Shown here in pieces: positions 1 to 10,663 of a stretch of 64,000 nt of DNA. The position numbers were made by a program, and so were the translations under genes. Position 1 is the stretch's first letter; every line of letters begins with the position of its first letter. Source of the DNA: Acidimicrobiales bacterium (GTDB lineage Bacteria; Actinomycetota; Acidimicrobiia; Acidimicrobiales; SZUA-35); NCBI GenBank assembly GCA_965216675.1, contig CBDCGK010000004.1, positions 4,482,398 through 4,546,397 on the forward strand, written 5' to 3'. The notes beneath the pieces were generated by a model that did not search any database, was not told where the DNA came from, and saw only the letters and a list, made by a program, of their open reading frames with translations.

Positions 1-198
1 TACGTGATCGACGACCTCGGGTGGGACCGGTCGTTGATCGAAGCGTCGGATCATCCGGCGGCGGCGTATCACCTCTTCGAGTTCCATGATCGTGAGCCTA
101 CGGACGGAATCCCCAGGTGGTCGGCCCGGGCTGGAGGGTGCGCCGGGCGAGACGCACCCAGTCGCACAGCATCGGGCGGGTGTCGCGTGGATCGATGA
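1..198 (+). CDS. Possible 3' end of a gene entering from the left edge, function unknown
   Basis: Frame 1 is open from base 1 (YVIDDLGWDRSLIEASDHPAAAYHLFEF) with GC-rich third positions. The stop overlaps the convergent gene by about 100 bp. Confidence 0.35.
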   Translation, partial: YVIDDLGWDRSLIEASDHPAAAYHLFEFHDREPTDGIPRWSARAGGCAGRDAPSRTASGGCRVDR

Positions 199-1663
199 TC
201 TGCTCGATCTCGTAGAACTCCGCCGATCGCAGCGGTGACCGCACCCGATTGAGCCGCTCCGCGATCGCCGCGTGGAGCGCGTCGGGATCCTCCGAAGCCT
301 CCAGTTCGGCCTTGTAGGCCACCTCCAGGCCACCTTCGAGGGGCAGCGATCCCCAGTCGGCCGACGGCCACGCCATCCGCATCGACGTCGCCCCAGGGAC
401 CCGGTTCGACGCCCCGGCCACCCCGAACGCCTTGCGGACCAGCACCGTGCAGTAGGGCACGGCCAGCTGTCGCAACGCCACCAGTGCGATCGAACCGGTG
501 CGGATCGTGCCTTCCTCCTCCGAGGTCTTGCCGATGACGAAACCCGGGCAGTCCTCGAAATGGATGAGCGGCAGTTTGAACAGCGAGGCCAGGTCGGCGA
601 GCCGGATCAACTTGCGGCACGCGTCGTTGGTCCAACCCCCGCCGTAGATTCGGGGGTCCTCGGCGTAGACCGCCACCGGAACGCCATCCAGGCGGGCCAG
701 ACCGCCGATGATCGACGTACCCCACGCCCGCCCGATCTCGAAGAAGCTCGACTCACCGTCGGGGCTTCGATCGAACACGGCGGCGAGGATGGCCCGCATG
801 TCGTAGGCCTGCCTGGGTTCGCGAGGCACGATGGAGATCAGGTCCTCCTCCCGCCGGCCCGGGTCGTCGCCCCAGTCCTCGACCGGCGCCAGCTCGTCGA
901 CACTGCCGGGAAGATAGGACAGGAAATGCAACGCCCGGTCGAAGGCCTCGGCCTCGGTGGCGACGACATCGTCGATCGAACCGTTCGTGGTGTGGATACG
1001 GGCGTGGCCCAGCTCCTCTTTGGTGACCGAACCGAGGCCGGCCTGTTCCACCAGAGCCGGCCCGGCGATCATCATCTGCGACGTGTCGGCCACCATCACC
1101 GAGTAGTGGCAGGTGGTGGCCCGAGCCGCGCCGAAACCGGCCACCGATCCCAGCACCAGCGACACCGACGGCGCGACGTTCAGATGGTCGATCACGGTGT
1201 GCCAGCCCGGCAGCAGCGGAATGTAGGTTCGGCCGGCCATCTCGATCGTCTTGACCGAGCCCCCGCCCGACATGCCGTCGAGGAGGCGCACGTGGGGCAG
1301 TCGCATCTCGAGCGCTATCGACTCGGACTCCTCCCGCTTGGCCGAGATCGACGCGTCGTTCGAGCCGCCTCGCACGGTGAAGTCGTCGCCGGAGATCACG
1401 ACGGGACGACCCTCCAACTCGGCCAGTCCGAACACGAAGTTCGACGGAACCAGCTCGACGAGATTGCCGTCGTCGTCATAGGACGCCACGCCGGCCACCT
1501 TCCCCAGCTCCCAGAACGTGTCCGGGTCGACGATCGCGGCGATCCGTTCCCGGACCGTCTGCTTGCCGAAGTAGTGCTGGCGTTCGACCTTGTCCGGCCC
1601 GCCGAGCTGTTCGGCCATGGCCTCCCGGCGTCTCAACTCCTCGAGTTCCGGCTCCCAGCTCAT
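98..1663 (-). CDS. Acyl-CoA carboxylase carboxyltransferase (beta) subunit
   Basis: Motifs DDFTVRGGS, MMIAGPALV, ELGHARIH, DCPGFVIG, RKAFGVAG, IIDPRDTR. TACGCT -10 lies 8 nt before the ATG. Confidence 0.9.
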   Translation of the reverse strand: MSWEPELEELRRREAMAEQLGGPDKVERQHYFGKQTVRERIAAIVDPDTFWELGKVAGVASYDDDGNLVELVPSNFVFGLAELEGRPVVISGDDFTVRGGSNDASISAKREESESIALEMRLPHVRLLDGMSGGGSVKTIEMAGRTYIPLLPGWHTVIDHLNVAPSVSLVLGSVAGFGAARATTCHYSVMVADTSQMMIAGPALVEQAGLGSVTKEELGHARIHTTNGSIDDVVATEAEAFDRALHFLSYLPGSVDELAPVEDWGDDPGRREEDLISIVPREPRQAYDMRAILAAVFDRSPDGESSFFEIGRAWGTSIIGGLARLDGVPVAVYAEDPRIYGGGWTNDACRKLIRLADLASLFKLPLIHFEDCPGFVIGKTSEEEGTIRTGSIALVALRQLAVPYCTVLVRKAFGVAGASNRVPGATSMRMAWPSADWGSLPLEGGLEVAYKAELEASEDPDALHAAIAERLNRVRSPLRSAEFYEIEQIIDPRDTRPMLCDWVRLARRTLQPGPTTWGFRP

Positions 1664-1779
1664 CGGGCCCGAGCGTACTCACCGCCGCGCCCGGAAGCCA
1701 GAATCGAGCGGGTCGGGCCAGGAGGCCGAGAACTCACGCCGGTTGGAGCGACCGAAGCCTGCTCGGCCATCATGGACCG

Positions 1780-3753
1780 GTGACCGGTCCCCCGACCCAG
1801 ATGCCGACCTCGATCGCCGATGCCGTCGAAGCAGCCGATCTGCGGATCCTGGTGCTGTGCCTCTATCACCTCACCGGCGATGAGATATGGCTGAGTGAGC
1901 GATACGCGCCGGCCCGCGACGTCCGCTTGGTTGCCGACCCCGACGCCGGGTTCGATGCCGAGGCACGGGCGGAGATCAGGGCCTGCGCCGTCGACCTGCT
2001 GACCGGGGCCGGTCCTGGCGCAGGGACCGCTGAGGTAGTACCGCAACCGGTTGTGACCGACCCCGATCCCGAGACGTTCCAACGGATGCTGTCGTTCTGC
2101 CTCGGTGAGCCGGTGCCCGACGAGTACGTGCCGATGATGCTCGAGGACTTCGGCTTCACCTCCGAGGACGCCCGCTGGGCCGACGGTCGGCCGGACCGAC
2201 CACCCCACGCCACCGACGTCGACCACGATGTCCTGATCATCGGAGCCGGCGTGTCCGGCCTCTGTCTCGGGATCAAACTCGACGAGTTGGGGATCCCGTA
2301 CACGATCGTCGAGAAGAACCCCGATGTCGGCGGGACCTGGTACGAGAACCGGTACCCGGGATGCGGCGTCGACACCCCGAACCACTTCTACAGCTACTCG
2401 TTCGCCCCGAACCCGAACTGGACCCGCTACTTCTCACTGCGCGACGAACTGTACGAGTACGTGCAGAACTGCTCCGTCGACTTCGACCTTCGGGCCCGGA
2501 TCCTGTTCTCGACCACGATGACCTCCGCGGCGTGGGATGAGAACCGGGAGCGGTGGCGGGTGAGGCTGATCGACGGGGACGGGGCCGAGCGCGAGACCAC
2601 GACGAGGATCCTGGTCAGCGCCACCGGGCACTTCAACCAGCCGATGGCGGCGCGTTTTGCCGGCGACGAGGACTTCGACGGCCGTATCGTTCACACCGCT
2701 CGTTGGCCGGACGACCTCGATCTTGTCGGCGCCGATGTTGCCGTGATCGGCACCGGCGCATCGGCGGTGCAACTCGTGCCTGCGATCGCCCGACAAGCCG
2801 GTCGTGTCACCGTCTATCAGCGCACGCCTCAATGGGTGCGACCGACCGAGAACTACAACGGCGTCGTCGATCCTCGCAGTCGCCGGCTGTTCGCGAACCT
2901 GCCCTACTACGGCCGCTGGTACCGCTTCGCCCAGTTCTGGCGCTACGGCGACGGCCTCCTGCGATTCCTGCGGCGGGACCCGGACTGGCCTCACCCTGAG
3001 CGGGCCATGAACCGGATCAACGACCGTCACCGTGTCGAGATGACCGATCACATCGTCGAGTCGCTGGCGGAGAAGCCCGAGCTGATCGAGGCGTGCATTC
3101 CGTCGTACCCGCCGTTCGGGAAACGCATCTTGTTGGACAACGACTGGTACGCGACGTTGTGCCGACCCGACGTCGATCTCGTCACCGAGCCCATCGAGCG
3201 CTTCGACCCCGACGGCATCCGCACGACCGACGGGCGGTTGCGTCAGGCCGATGTGATCGTGCTGGCCACCGGGTTCACCGTCACCACCCTGGCGGCCAGG
3301 CTCAACATCGTGGGGCGCAACGGCACCGACCTGGCCGACGACTGGGCCGATGACAACCCGACGGCCTACCTCGGCATGACGGTTCCGAAGTTCCCCAACC
3401 TGTTCATCATGTACGGTCCCAACACCAACCTCGGTCACGGCGGCAGCGGTATGTGGGTCGGCGAAACCCAGGCTCGCTACATCGCCCATTGTCTGGTGAT
3501 GATGGAGGAGGGGGGCCGGAACACGATCGAGGTTCGGCCGGAGCGTCGTGACGACTACACGGCCGAGATCGACGAGGCCCACGCCGAACTGATCTGGGCT
3601 CACCCGGGCACAACCACCTACTACCGGAACGCCAACGGGCAGGTCCGCTCGCCGATGCCGTTCCGCATGGCCGACTACTGGCACCGCACCCGACGTCCGG
3701 ATCCCGCCGACTTCGTGTTCGGCCCAGGGCAGGAGCCACCGGGTGTCTCCTGA
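1780..3753 (+). CDS. Baeyer-Villiger monooxygenase, 4-hydroxyacetophenone monooxygenase-like with N-terminal extension
   Basis: GAGVSG and GTGASA Rossmann motifs, GGTWYENRYPGCGVD, BVMO fingerprint FDGRIVHTARWP, ATGF. Confidence 0.9.
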   Translation: MTGPPTQMPTSIADAVEAADLRILVLCLYHLTGDEIWLSERYAPARDVRLVADPDAGFDAEARAEIRACAVDLLTGAGPGAGTAEVVPQPVVTDPDPETFQRMLSFCLGEPVPDEYVPMMLEDFGFTSEDARWADGRPDRPPHATDVDHDVLIIGAGVSGLCLGIKLDELGIPYTIVEKNPDVGGTWYENRYPGCGVDTPNHFYSYSFAPNPNWTRYFSLRDELYEYVQNCSVDFDLRARILFSTTMTSAAWDENRERWRVRLIDGDGAERETTTRILVSATGHFNQPMAARFAGDEDFDGRIVHTARWPDDLDLVGADVAVIGTGASAVQLVPAIARQAGRVTVYQRTPQWVRPTENYNGVVDPRSRRLFANLPYYGRWYRFAQFWRYGDGLLRFLRRDPDWPHPERAMNRINDRHRVEMTDHIVESLAEKPELIEACIPSYPPFGKRILLDNDWYATLCRPDVDLVTEPIERFDPDGIRTTDGRLRQADVIVLATGFTVTTLAARLNIVGRNGTDLADDWADDNPTAYLGMTVPKFPNLFIMYGPNTNLGHGGSGMWVGETQARYIAHCLVMMEEGGRNTIEVRPERRDDYTAEIDEAHAELIWAHPGTTTYYRNANGQVRSPMPFRMADYWHRTRRPDPADFVFGPGQEPPGVS

Positions 3754-3971
3754 TGCCAACTGCTGAAATCCGGAGTTACCGCTCCGTTTCGCTTGACTGA
3801 TTCTTAGTGCAGCTCTGGCCGTTCCAAGGAAGGTCTGCACCCGGGACCGCATGATGCTCCGGTACTGTGGAAGGGCCGCCCTCGGAGGTGAGGCTAGGAC
3901 TGCGATCGACCAGCGGACGCAGCTCACCGCCCGACAAGTCGGATGATACCGAACCGGCACCGGCGTATGGA

Positions 3972-4529
3972 ATGAGACCGCTCAAAGTTTGGCACAGGGT
4001 CGGAGCGCCGACCTGGAAGAGATCGGGAACGATTGTGTTTGCCGCGGTCATCGGTGTGCTTCTGATCGGCGGAACGGCCATGGCCGCGAACCTCGGCCTC
4101 CTCACCGGTCCCACCTACCAGGATCACAGCTATCGCTTGAGCGTGCCCCGGCCGGTGCTGAGGGTGACGCTGGTCCCGGTTGACGAGACGCCGTCGACCT
4201 CTGGGTCGACAACCGTCCCCGCACCGTCCGCGGACACGACCGATGACACCGTCGACCGCGGCCCCGCCGATGACAACAGTGACGATCCGTCCGACACCAC
4301 CACGACCGCTCGCCAAGAGCCGGCTCCCACCGAAACCGATGGCGGTGATCGCGCCGACGACGATTCCGACGATGCAGACGATGAATCCGATGGAGATTCC
4401 GATGACGGATCGCATCCGTCACCGTCAGCCGGGTCGGGACAACGGATTGACGGTCGACCCGAGGGGCGAAGCGTCGACGGTGCCGGCAGTCTCCTACGAG
4501 GTGACGACGGCCGCCTCGACGACGACTGA
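3972..4529 (+). CDS. Hypothetical membrane-anchored or secreted protein with a Asp/Thr/Ser-rich low-complexity tail
   Basis: One hydrophobic helix (IVFAAVIGVLLIGGTAMAA) followed by an acidic disordered region. Start uncertain (3867 or 3972). Confidence 0.6.
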   Translation: MRPLKVWHRVGAPTWKRSGTIVFAAVIGVLLIGGTAMAANLGLLTGPTYQDHSYRLSVPRPVLRVTLVPVDETPSTSGSTTVPAPSADTTDDTVDRGPADDNSDDPSDTTTTARQEPAPTETDGGDRADDDSDDADDESDGDSDDGSHPSPSAGSGQRIDGRPEGRSVDGAGSLLRGDDGRLDDD

Positions 4530-4596
4530 ACAGCAGGACCGGCGGTCGTCTCGGAGCCGCGCCGCCGCCTCCATGCTGCAAGCGTCAAGGCCGGCT

Positions 4597-6126
4597 TCAG
4601 TGGCTCTCAGCCGCCCGACGGGGCAGGCCCCAGCGTCGATTCCGTGAGGACTCGACGGCAGACTCCGCCCATTCGTCGTCGAGCGGCGACCACTCGACGG
4701 TGTTCCGGTAGAGGGCGTCGGCCGCCTGTGGCTCGGTCAGACGACCGTCGCTGGGGAACAGCGTCGGCCAGCCCGTTGTGACCCGGAGCCCGCGACCGTG
4801 CGGGTTGTCGTCGAAGATCAACGTGCCGCCACTGGCCTCGATCAGCGAGGCCACCACCGCCAGACCCAGTCCCGTGCCGGGACGTCCGTGGTCGGCCCGC
4901 CAGAACCGGTCGGTCGCCCGAGCCTTTTCCTCATCGGTCAGGCCCGGCCCCTCATCGGTCACTACCAGGCGATGGTGCATGTGGCCCCGCTCGACCGAGA
5001 CCAGGATCCGTGAGCGCGGCGGTGCGACGTGGAGGGCGTTGTCGAGCAGGTTGTCGAGAACCTGCTCGATCGCCCCGGCCACGGCGATCGCCTCGACCTT
5101 GCCCTTTGGTCGGTTCAGCAGCAGCTCGACCTCTTGATCCGCGGTGGCCTGCCAGGTGTTGACCCGGTCGGCGGCCAGCGATCCGAGGTCCACGGCGGTC
5201 AGGCTGGGCGGTCCGTCGTTGCGGGCCAGTTTGAGCAGATCGCCGACGAGGTTCGAGAGGCGGATGGTCTCCTCGATGGCGGCCTCGATCTCGACCCGGG
5301 ACGTGGCGTCGATGGCGGCGGCCTCGAGGTTCTCGAGCCGGAGGCGCAGGGAGGTGAGCGGCGTTCGCAACTGGTGTGACGCGTCACCCACGAACGAACG
5401 GTGACGTTCGATGAGCTGTTCGAGTTGCCGCCCCATGGCGTTCATCGACGCCGCCAGTTCCTGGATCTCCCCCGGTGTCTCGGGGTCGGACACCTGGAGC
5501 GGGCTGAAGTCGCCGCGACCGAAGCGTAGCGCGGAGGTGCGAAGCCGTTTGATCGGCTCGGTGGCCGAGCGGGCCACAGTCAAACCGACCAGCGCCAGGG
5601 CGGCCAGGATGAGGGCGGCGATGGCCACCAGGCCGATCCAGAACCGTCGGATACGGCTGTTGACCTCCTCCGCGTCGATCGTGAGCCGCAGGGCGCCCTG
5701 CACGTTGCCGCCCGATGCGATCGGCACCGCCACGTACAACAACTCCGTGTCGAGCGTTTCCGAGTCGCGATAGCCGGCGTCCCGGAGGCCGTCGAGGGCA
5801 ACGACGATTTCGGGACGGGTGGCGAAGTTCCGTCCCGACTCGCGGCCGGTGTCGGCCACTGAGATGCCGTCGGCGTCGACGACGACCAGTCGGGCGCCGG
5901 TGTCCGCGCTGTAGTTACGAGCCACCTCGAGGTCGCTGTTCGCGCCGGGCGACTCGGTGTCGAGGACATCCTGATAGTACGTGGCGAGCACCACCGCGTC
6001 GCGTTCGGCGTTGGCGATGAAACGCTCCCGTTCCAGCTGGTAGTAGAAGATGGCCAGCGGGATTTCGAGAATCAGGAGCACGATCAGACTGACGAGCAGG
6101 TAACTCAGAACGAGTCTGCGCGTCAT
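4597..6126 (-). CDS. HAMP-domain sensor histidine kinase
   Basis: Two TM helices, H-box DASHQLRTPLT, N-box NLLDNA, G boxes DEGPG and GTGLGL. Confidence 0.93.
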   Translation of the reverse strand: MTRRLVLSYLLVSLIVLLILEIPLAIFYYQLERERFIANAERDAVVLATYYQDVLDTESPGANSDLEVARNYSADTGARLVVVDADGISVADTGRESGRNFATRPEIVVALDGLRDAGYRDSETLDTELLYVAVPIASGGNVQGALRLTIDAEEVNSRIRRFWIGLVAIAALILAALALVGLTVARSATEPIKRLRTSALRFGRGDFSPLQVSDPETPGEIQELAASMNAMGRQLEQLIERHRSFVGDASHQLRTPLTSLRLRLENLEAAAIDATSRVEIEAAIEETIRLSNLVGDLLKLARNDGPPSLTAVDLGSLAADRVNTWQATADQEVELLLNRPKGKVEAIAVAGAIEQVLDNLLDNALHVAPPRSRILVSVERGHMHHRLVVTDEGPGLTDEEKARATDRFWRADHGRPGTGLGLAVVASLIEASGGTLIFDDNPHGRGLRVTTGWPTLFPSDGRLTEPQAADALYRNTVEWSPLDDEWAESAVESSRNRRWGLPRRAAESH

Positions 6127-6163
6127 CGATCCGCCGTTTCACCTCGTGCCGACCCGGCGGCGG

Positions 6164-6829
6164 TCATGACTCCTGCTCGTTCTCCGCCAAACGAAAGCCG
6201 ACCCCTCGAATGGTCTGGATGAGGGTCGGGTCGGTTTTCTTGCGGAGCGATGCCACGTGCACGTCGAGGGTTTTGGTCGACCCCCACCAGTTCTCGTCCC
6301 AGACGTCGTTGATGAGTTGCTCCCGGGTGACGGCGGCCCCGGGATCCGACGCGAGGGCCGCCAGCAGGTCGTATTCCTTGGGCGTGAGATCGACGCGGCT
6401 GCCGTCGTATTCGACGTGGCGGGCTCGGCGATCGATGCTGAGCGAACCCCACTCGACCCGCTCCTCCTCGGCCGGGCGCGATGCGGCCCGGCGGAGCACC
6501 GCCCTGATTCGAGCCACCAGCTCGCGGAACCCGAAGGGCTTCACCACGTAGTCGTCGGCTCCCAGCTCGAGCAGCATCACCCGATCGATCTCGTCCTCGC
6601 GGGCCGTGACGACGATGATGGGCACGGTGCTGGCCGCCCGCAGATTCTGGCAGACGACCCGACCGTCGAGATCGGGCAGACCGAGGTCGAGCAGAACCAG
6701 GTCGACCGGCTCGGCTTGGAGGGCCTGGGCTCCGGTGGTGGCCAGCTGAACCTCGAAGCCTTCCCGTTCCAAACCCGCCTTCAGCGGCTGGCTGATCGAC
6801 GAATCGTCTTCGACTAGCAGAAGCTCCAC
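6164..6829 (-). CDS. OmpR/PhoB-family response regulator
   Basis: LLVEDD, LLDLGLPDLDG, GADDYVVKPF, winged-helix end TIRGVGFRL. GTG at 6829 preferred as start. Confidence 0.93.
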   Translation of the reverse strand: MELLLVEDDSSISQPLKAGLEREGFEVQLATTGAQALQAEPVDLVLLDLGLPDLDGRVVCQNLRAASTVPIIVVTAREDEIDRVMLLELGADDYVVKPFGFRELVARIRAVLRRAASRPAEEERVEWGSLSIDRRARHVEYDGSRVDLTPKEYDLLAALASDPGAAVTREQLINDVWDENWWGSTKTLDVHVASLRKKTDPTLIQTIRGVGFRLAENEQES

Positions 6830-6970
6830 GGAGCCAGGATTGCACCCAAAGGGGTCAAAGACAAACATTTTTGTCGAACGATGGGCACCATGATGGAAAT
6901 CGGGTGACCCGGGACCGGGCGGCGCGCCTCAGACTCGCCTTCGTGTTTCACCTGGGGAAACGGGGCGAAC

Positions 6971-7744
6971 CTAGGCCAGAAGCCTCCGGGCCGCCTCGAT
7001 GACGACCTCGATGGCCCGCTCCTCGGTGGCGGCGATCGCGGCTTCGTCCGTGGGGATTTCCTCGAGTGCCCGGTTGGCGATCACCCCGGCCACGCACCCG
7101 GCCCGCCAGCCGTTGGCCGAACACATCGTGAAGAGCGTCGCCGACTCCATCTCGTAGTTGATCACCTTCAGTGCCCGCCAGTCGGCCAGCGAACCGCGGA
7201 ACCGGGCCGTGACCGTGCCGGCCACCGTGTCGTATCGCTCCTGGCCGGGGTAGAACGTGTCACTCGATGCCGTGATACCGACCCGGTAGTCGGCGCCGAT
7301 GGCCTCGGCCGCCTCGACCAGTGCCTTGGTGCACCAGAAGTCGGAGGCGGCCGGATATTCGCTCGGAGCGAAGTGGAAGCTGGCGCCGTCGAGCCGGACG
7401 GCGGCCTGGGTGACGACGATGGTGCCGGATGTGACGTCGGGTTGAATCGATCCGGTGGTGCCGACCCGCAGGAAGGTCCGCACGCCGAGCTGGGCCAGCT
7501 CCTCAACCGCGACCGAGACCGAGGGTCCACCGATACCGGTCGAGCACACCACGACCGGGGTGCCGTCGAGGTGTCCCAGATGGCTGGTGAACTCCCGCTG
7601 GGTTGCGAGGTGCCGGGCGTCGCTCAAGTGGCTGGCGATGCGGGCGACACGGGCCGGGTCGCCGGGCACGATCGCCAGCGTCGCTCCGGTGAGATCATCG
7701 GAGTTGAGGCCGAGGTGGAACACGGACGCTTCGGAGGCTGTCAT
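6971..7744 (-). CDS. udp: Uridine phosphorylase
   Basis: VFHLGL, IVPGDPARV, REFT, STGIGGPS, RVGTTGSIQ, DTFYPGQER, NYEMESATL. TACGCT lies 6 nt before ATG 7744. Confidence 0.93.
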   Translation of the reverse strand: MTASEASVFHLGLNSDDLTGATLAIVPGDPARVARIASHLSDARHLATQREFTSHLGHLDGTPVVVCSTGIGGPSVSVAVEELAQLGVRTFLRVGTTGSIQPDVTSGTIVVTQAAVRLDGASFHFAPSEYPAASDFWCTKALVEAAEAIGADYRVGITASSDTFYPGQERYDTVAGTVTARFRGSLADWRALKVINYEMESATLFTMCSANGWRAGCVAGVIANRALEEIPTDEAAIAATEERAIEVVIEAARRLLA

Positions 7745-7802
7745 GGTGTGAGCGTAATCCAGGGCGAGACGCTGCTCCACCGTTTGGGAGTTCAGCGGCG
7801 TC

Positions 7803-9005
7803 TCAGCCGGCGACGCGTTGCCGGAGAGGGCCGGGCCGGAGTGCCACGGCGGAGGAGACCACCACGAGGAGCCCGATCAACGCCGCGCCGGTGATGGTCA
7901 GGAGTGCGGTCCGATCGCTGCTCAGCGATGCCAGCGACGTGACGACCACCGGCATCGACATCGACGGGTAGGCGAATAGATAGAAGGTGGAGGAGAGAGC
8001 GCCCCGTCGGTGGTCCTCGGCGATGGCGCCCAGTAGGGCGAGACAGCCGGCGGTTATGCAGCCCGAGGCGGCACCGAGGGCCATGGCCGCCGGCAGAACC
8101 AGGGGCCAGCCTCCCGTCCAGAACGCCGTGGTGCCGAGGACATAGCCCGTGAACCCGAGTGCCATACCGCTGATCAGCGTCGGTGTCGGTCCGTGGCGGT
8201 TGAGGATCGGTCGGGCCACGATCCCGCTCCAGGCCGTCAGCGCTGCCGCGGCGCCGGCGACCTGGATCACGTTTCCCCCCATCGCCGGGCTGAGCATGAC
8301 GGGGAACAGGGCAAACGAGGTCGACGGGAAGGCGAAGACCCAGATGGCGGCCGGAACGACCGTCAACCAGAAGATGGTGCGGCCGTTTCGGGGAATCCCC
8401 AGGTTCGGACGCAACGACGGGCGGCTCGACGACTCCGGCCGGGTCTCGGGAATGCGCAGCAGGAACGGCATCAGCGCGGCGGTCAACCCGAGGTGGAGTA
8501 CGAACGGTGTGACCAGCGGCCACGGGGCCACGGCGGCAAGCGCAGCGGAGATGGCCGGGCCGAAACCGAAGCCGACGTAGGTGGCAACGGTGGTCCACAC
8601 GGCGGCCCTCACCTGGGTTCCGGGTCCGAGAAGCTCCTGTACCCAGGCCGTGCCCACGGCGAGAACGGCACCGACCGACACCCCGAGCAGGCAGCGACCG
8701 GCCAGCAGGAGGGGATAGGAATTGCGACCGAGGATGATCAGGAACGACGCCAGCGCGGCGAGGGCGACGAAGGGCACCGTCATCGGCTTGCGGCCGAAGC
8801 GGTCGCCGGCCGGACCGGCAAACAGCAGCGTGGTCAGGATGCCGGCGACGTACACCACGAAGATCGTCTGGGTCTCGGTCGGGCCGAGGTCGAGTCGGTC
8901 GCGGTACGAGACGAGAAACGGGGTCGAGACGTTGGTGGCGTAGGCGGTGAGGAAGATGGCGGCGAGGGCCAGCCGATGATGGGAAACCGACGATCGAGGA
9001 GCCAC
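7803..9005 (-). CDS. MFS transporter
   Basis: About 12 hydrophobic helices and motif A GPAGDRFGRK. The N-terminal 540 aa of the listed 943-aa ORF is mostly antisense shadow of the opposite-strand gene. Confidence 0.85.
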   Translation of the reverse strand: MAPRSSVSHHRLALAAIFLTAYATNVSTPFLVSYRDRLDLGPTETQTIFVVYVAGILTTLLFAGPAGDRFGRKPMTVPFVALAALASFLIILGRNSYPLLLAGRCLLGVSVGAVLAVGTAWVQELLGPGTQVRAAVWTTVATYVGFGFGPAISAALAAVAPWPLVTPFVLHLGLTAALMPFLLRIPETRPESSSRPSLRPNLGIPRNGRTIFWLTVVPAAIWVFAFPSTSFALFPVMLSPAMGGNVIQVAGAAAALTAWSGIVARPILNRHGPTPTLISGMALGFTGYVLGTTAFWTGGWPLVLPAAMALGAASGCITAGCLALLGAIAEDHRRGALSSTFYLFAYPSMSMPVVVTSLASLSSDRTALLTITGAALIGLLVVVSSAVALRPGPLRQRVAG

Positions 9006-9173
9006 AGGGCAAAGTCTGCCTCGGGGGGTGGTGATGGTGGCGAACCGTGCCTCGATGCGGAGGTCTTGCCCGCTTCCGTCGTACTTGACCGCGAGTCCGA
9101 AAGACCGTACATTTGGATGAGCGCCAGGGCCGGTCGTGCCGATCGGCACGAGGAACCGGGACCGTGAAGGGGA

Positions 9174-10589
9174 ATGATGATCTTCGAGCAGCACTATCTC
9201 GACTGTCTCTCGCAGGCGTCGTACTTCATCGGTGACGAGACCTCGGGGCGGGCCGTGGTGGTCGACCCGAGGCGGGACATCGCTCCCTACCTCGAATCGG
9301 CCGCTGAACACGAGATGACGATCGAGCTGGTGTTGGAGACCCACTTCCATGCCGACTTCCTGTCGGGACATCTGGAACTGGCCCACGCCACCGGCGCCAC
9401 CATCGCCTACGGCGACAAGGCGGTGACCGAGTTCGAGTCCCGCAAACTGGCCCACGGGGAGCGGATCAGCCTCGGCCAGGTCGAGCTGGAGATACGCCAT
9501 ACCCCCGGGCACACGCCGGAGTCGATCAGCATCGTGGTCTACGAAACGGCCGACGCCGAACCCCACGCCGTGTTGACCGGTGACACGCTGTTCATCGGCG
9601 ACGTCGGCCGCCCCGATCTGTTGTCGTCCAAGGGCGTGACGAGTGAGGAGCTCGCGTCCTTGCTCTACGACTCGCTGCACAACCAGCTCATGACACTGCC
9701 CGACGCCACCCGGGTCTACCCGGCGCACGGTGCCGGCTCGGCCTGTGGCAAGAACCTGTCGACCGAAACCAGCTCGACGATCGGCGAGCAGCGCACCCAG
9801 AACTACGCCCTGGCCGCGATGGACAAGCAGGACTTCATCGCCGTGGTCACCGAGGGCCAGACCGCCCCTCCCGCCTACTTCGCCTACGACGCGGTGCTCA
9901 ACCGCGAAAACCGGCCGATTCTCGACGAGACGACGCCGCCAAAGGCACTGACTCTCGACGAGGTGGTGCGAGCCCAACGGCAGGGTGCCGTCGTGCTCGA
10001 CACCCGTGACCCCAACGAGTTCGCGGCCGGCCATCTCATCGGCTCGATCAACATCGGCCTCGCCGGGCGCTACGCCGAGTTCGCCGGTGGTGTGGTCCAG
10101 CCTGGCGCCGCGATGGTGCTGGTGGCCACCGAGGGGGAGGAGTTGGAGGCCAAGATCCGGCTGGCCCGCATCGGGTTCGACAACGTGATCGGCCACCTCG
10201 ACAATCCACTCGGTGTCTTCAACGACAACCCGGACGACGTGGCCCGCAGTTCCCGGGTCGACGTCAGGGCGATGCGGGAGGCGATGGAGTCGCTCGACGG
10301 CGTACAGGTCGTCGATGTGCGTCAGCCGGGGGAAACCGCGGGCGGTGTCGTTCCCGGCGCCCACCTCATTCCCCTGACCACGCTGAACCAGCGGCTGGCG
10401 ACGCTCGACGCGTCGAAACCGACGATCGTCTATTGTGCCGGCGGATACCGTTCGTCGATCGCGGCCAGCCGCCTGGCCACCGCCGGTTTCAACGACGTCT
10501 CCGACCTGCTCGGCGGCTTCGGTGCCTGGCAGGGTGCCGGTGCGCCGATCGCCGGTGTCGACAGCGTCGAGCCGGCGGTGGCGCACTAG
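9174..10589 (+). CDS. Persulfide dioxygenase (MBL fold) fused to rhodanese domains, CstB/Blh-like
   Basis: ETHFHADFLSG, HTPGHTPE, TGDTLFIGDVGRPDL, PAHGAGSACG, C-terminal rhodanese YCAGGYRS. Confidence 0.88.
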   Translation: MMIFEQHYLDCLSQASYFIGDETSGRAVVVDPRRDIAPYLESAAEHEMTIELVLETHFHADFLSGHLELAHATGATIAYGDKAVTEFESRKLAHGERISLGQVELEIRHTPGHTPESISIVVYETADAEPHAVLTGDTLFIGDVGRPDLLSSKGVTSEELASLLYDSLHNQLMTLPDATRVYPAHGAGSACGKNLSTETSSTIGEQRTQNYALAAMDKQDFIAVVTEGQTAPPAYFAYDAVLNRENRPILDETTPPKALTLDEVVRAQRQGAVVLDTRDPNEFAAGHLIGSINIGLAGRYAEFAGGVVQPGAAMVLVATEGEELEAKIRLARIGFDNVIGHLDNPLGVFNDNPDDVARSSRVDVRAMREAMESLDGVQVVDVRQPGETAGGVVPGAHLIPLTTLNQRLATLDASKPTIVYCAGGYRSSIAASRLATAGFNDVSDLLGGFGAWQGAGAPIAGVDSVEPAVAH

Positions 10590-10663
10590 TTGCCGGTCAA
10601 CCGGCGAGCGTCGGCACACCGTCACAACGTTCACGACCCGAATCGAGAGGAGAGGGCAACACC

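Noticed and set aside
9006-10634. N-terminal extension of the 943-aa minus-strand ORF, suggesting a giant MFS fusion
   Set aside because: Mostly the antisense shadow of the PDO-rhodanese gene. Stop-poor antisense frames are expected at this GC content.
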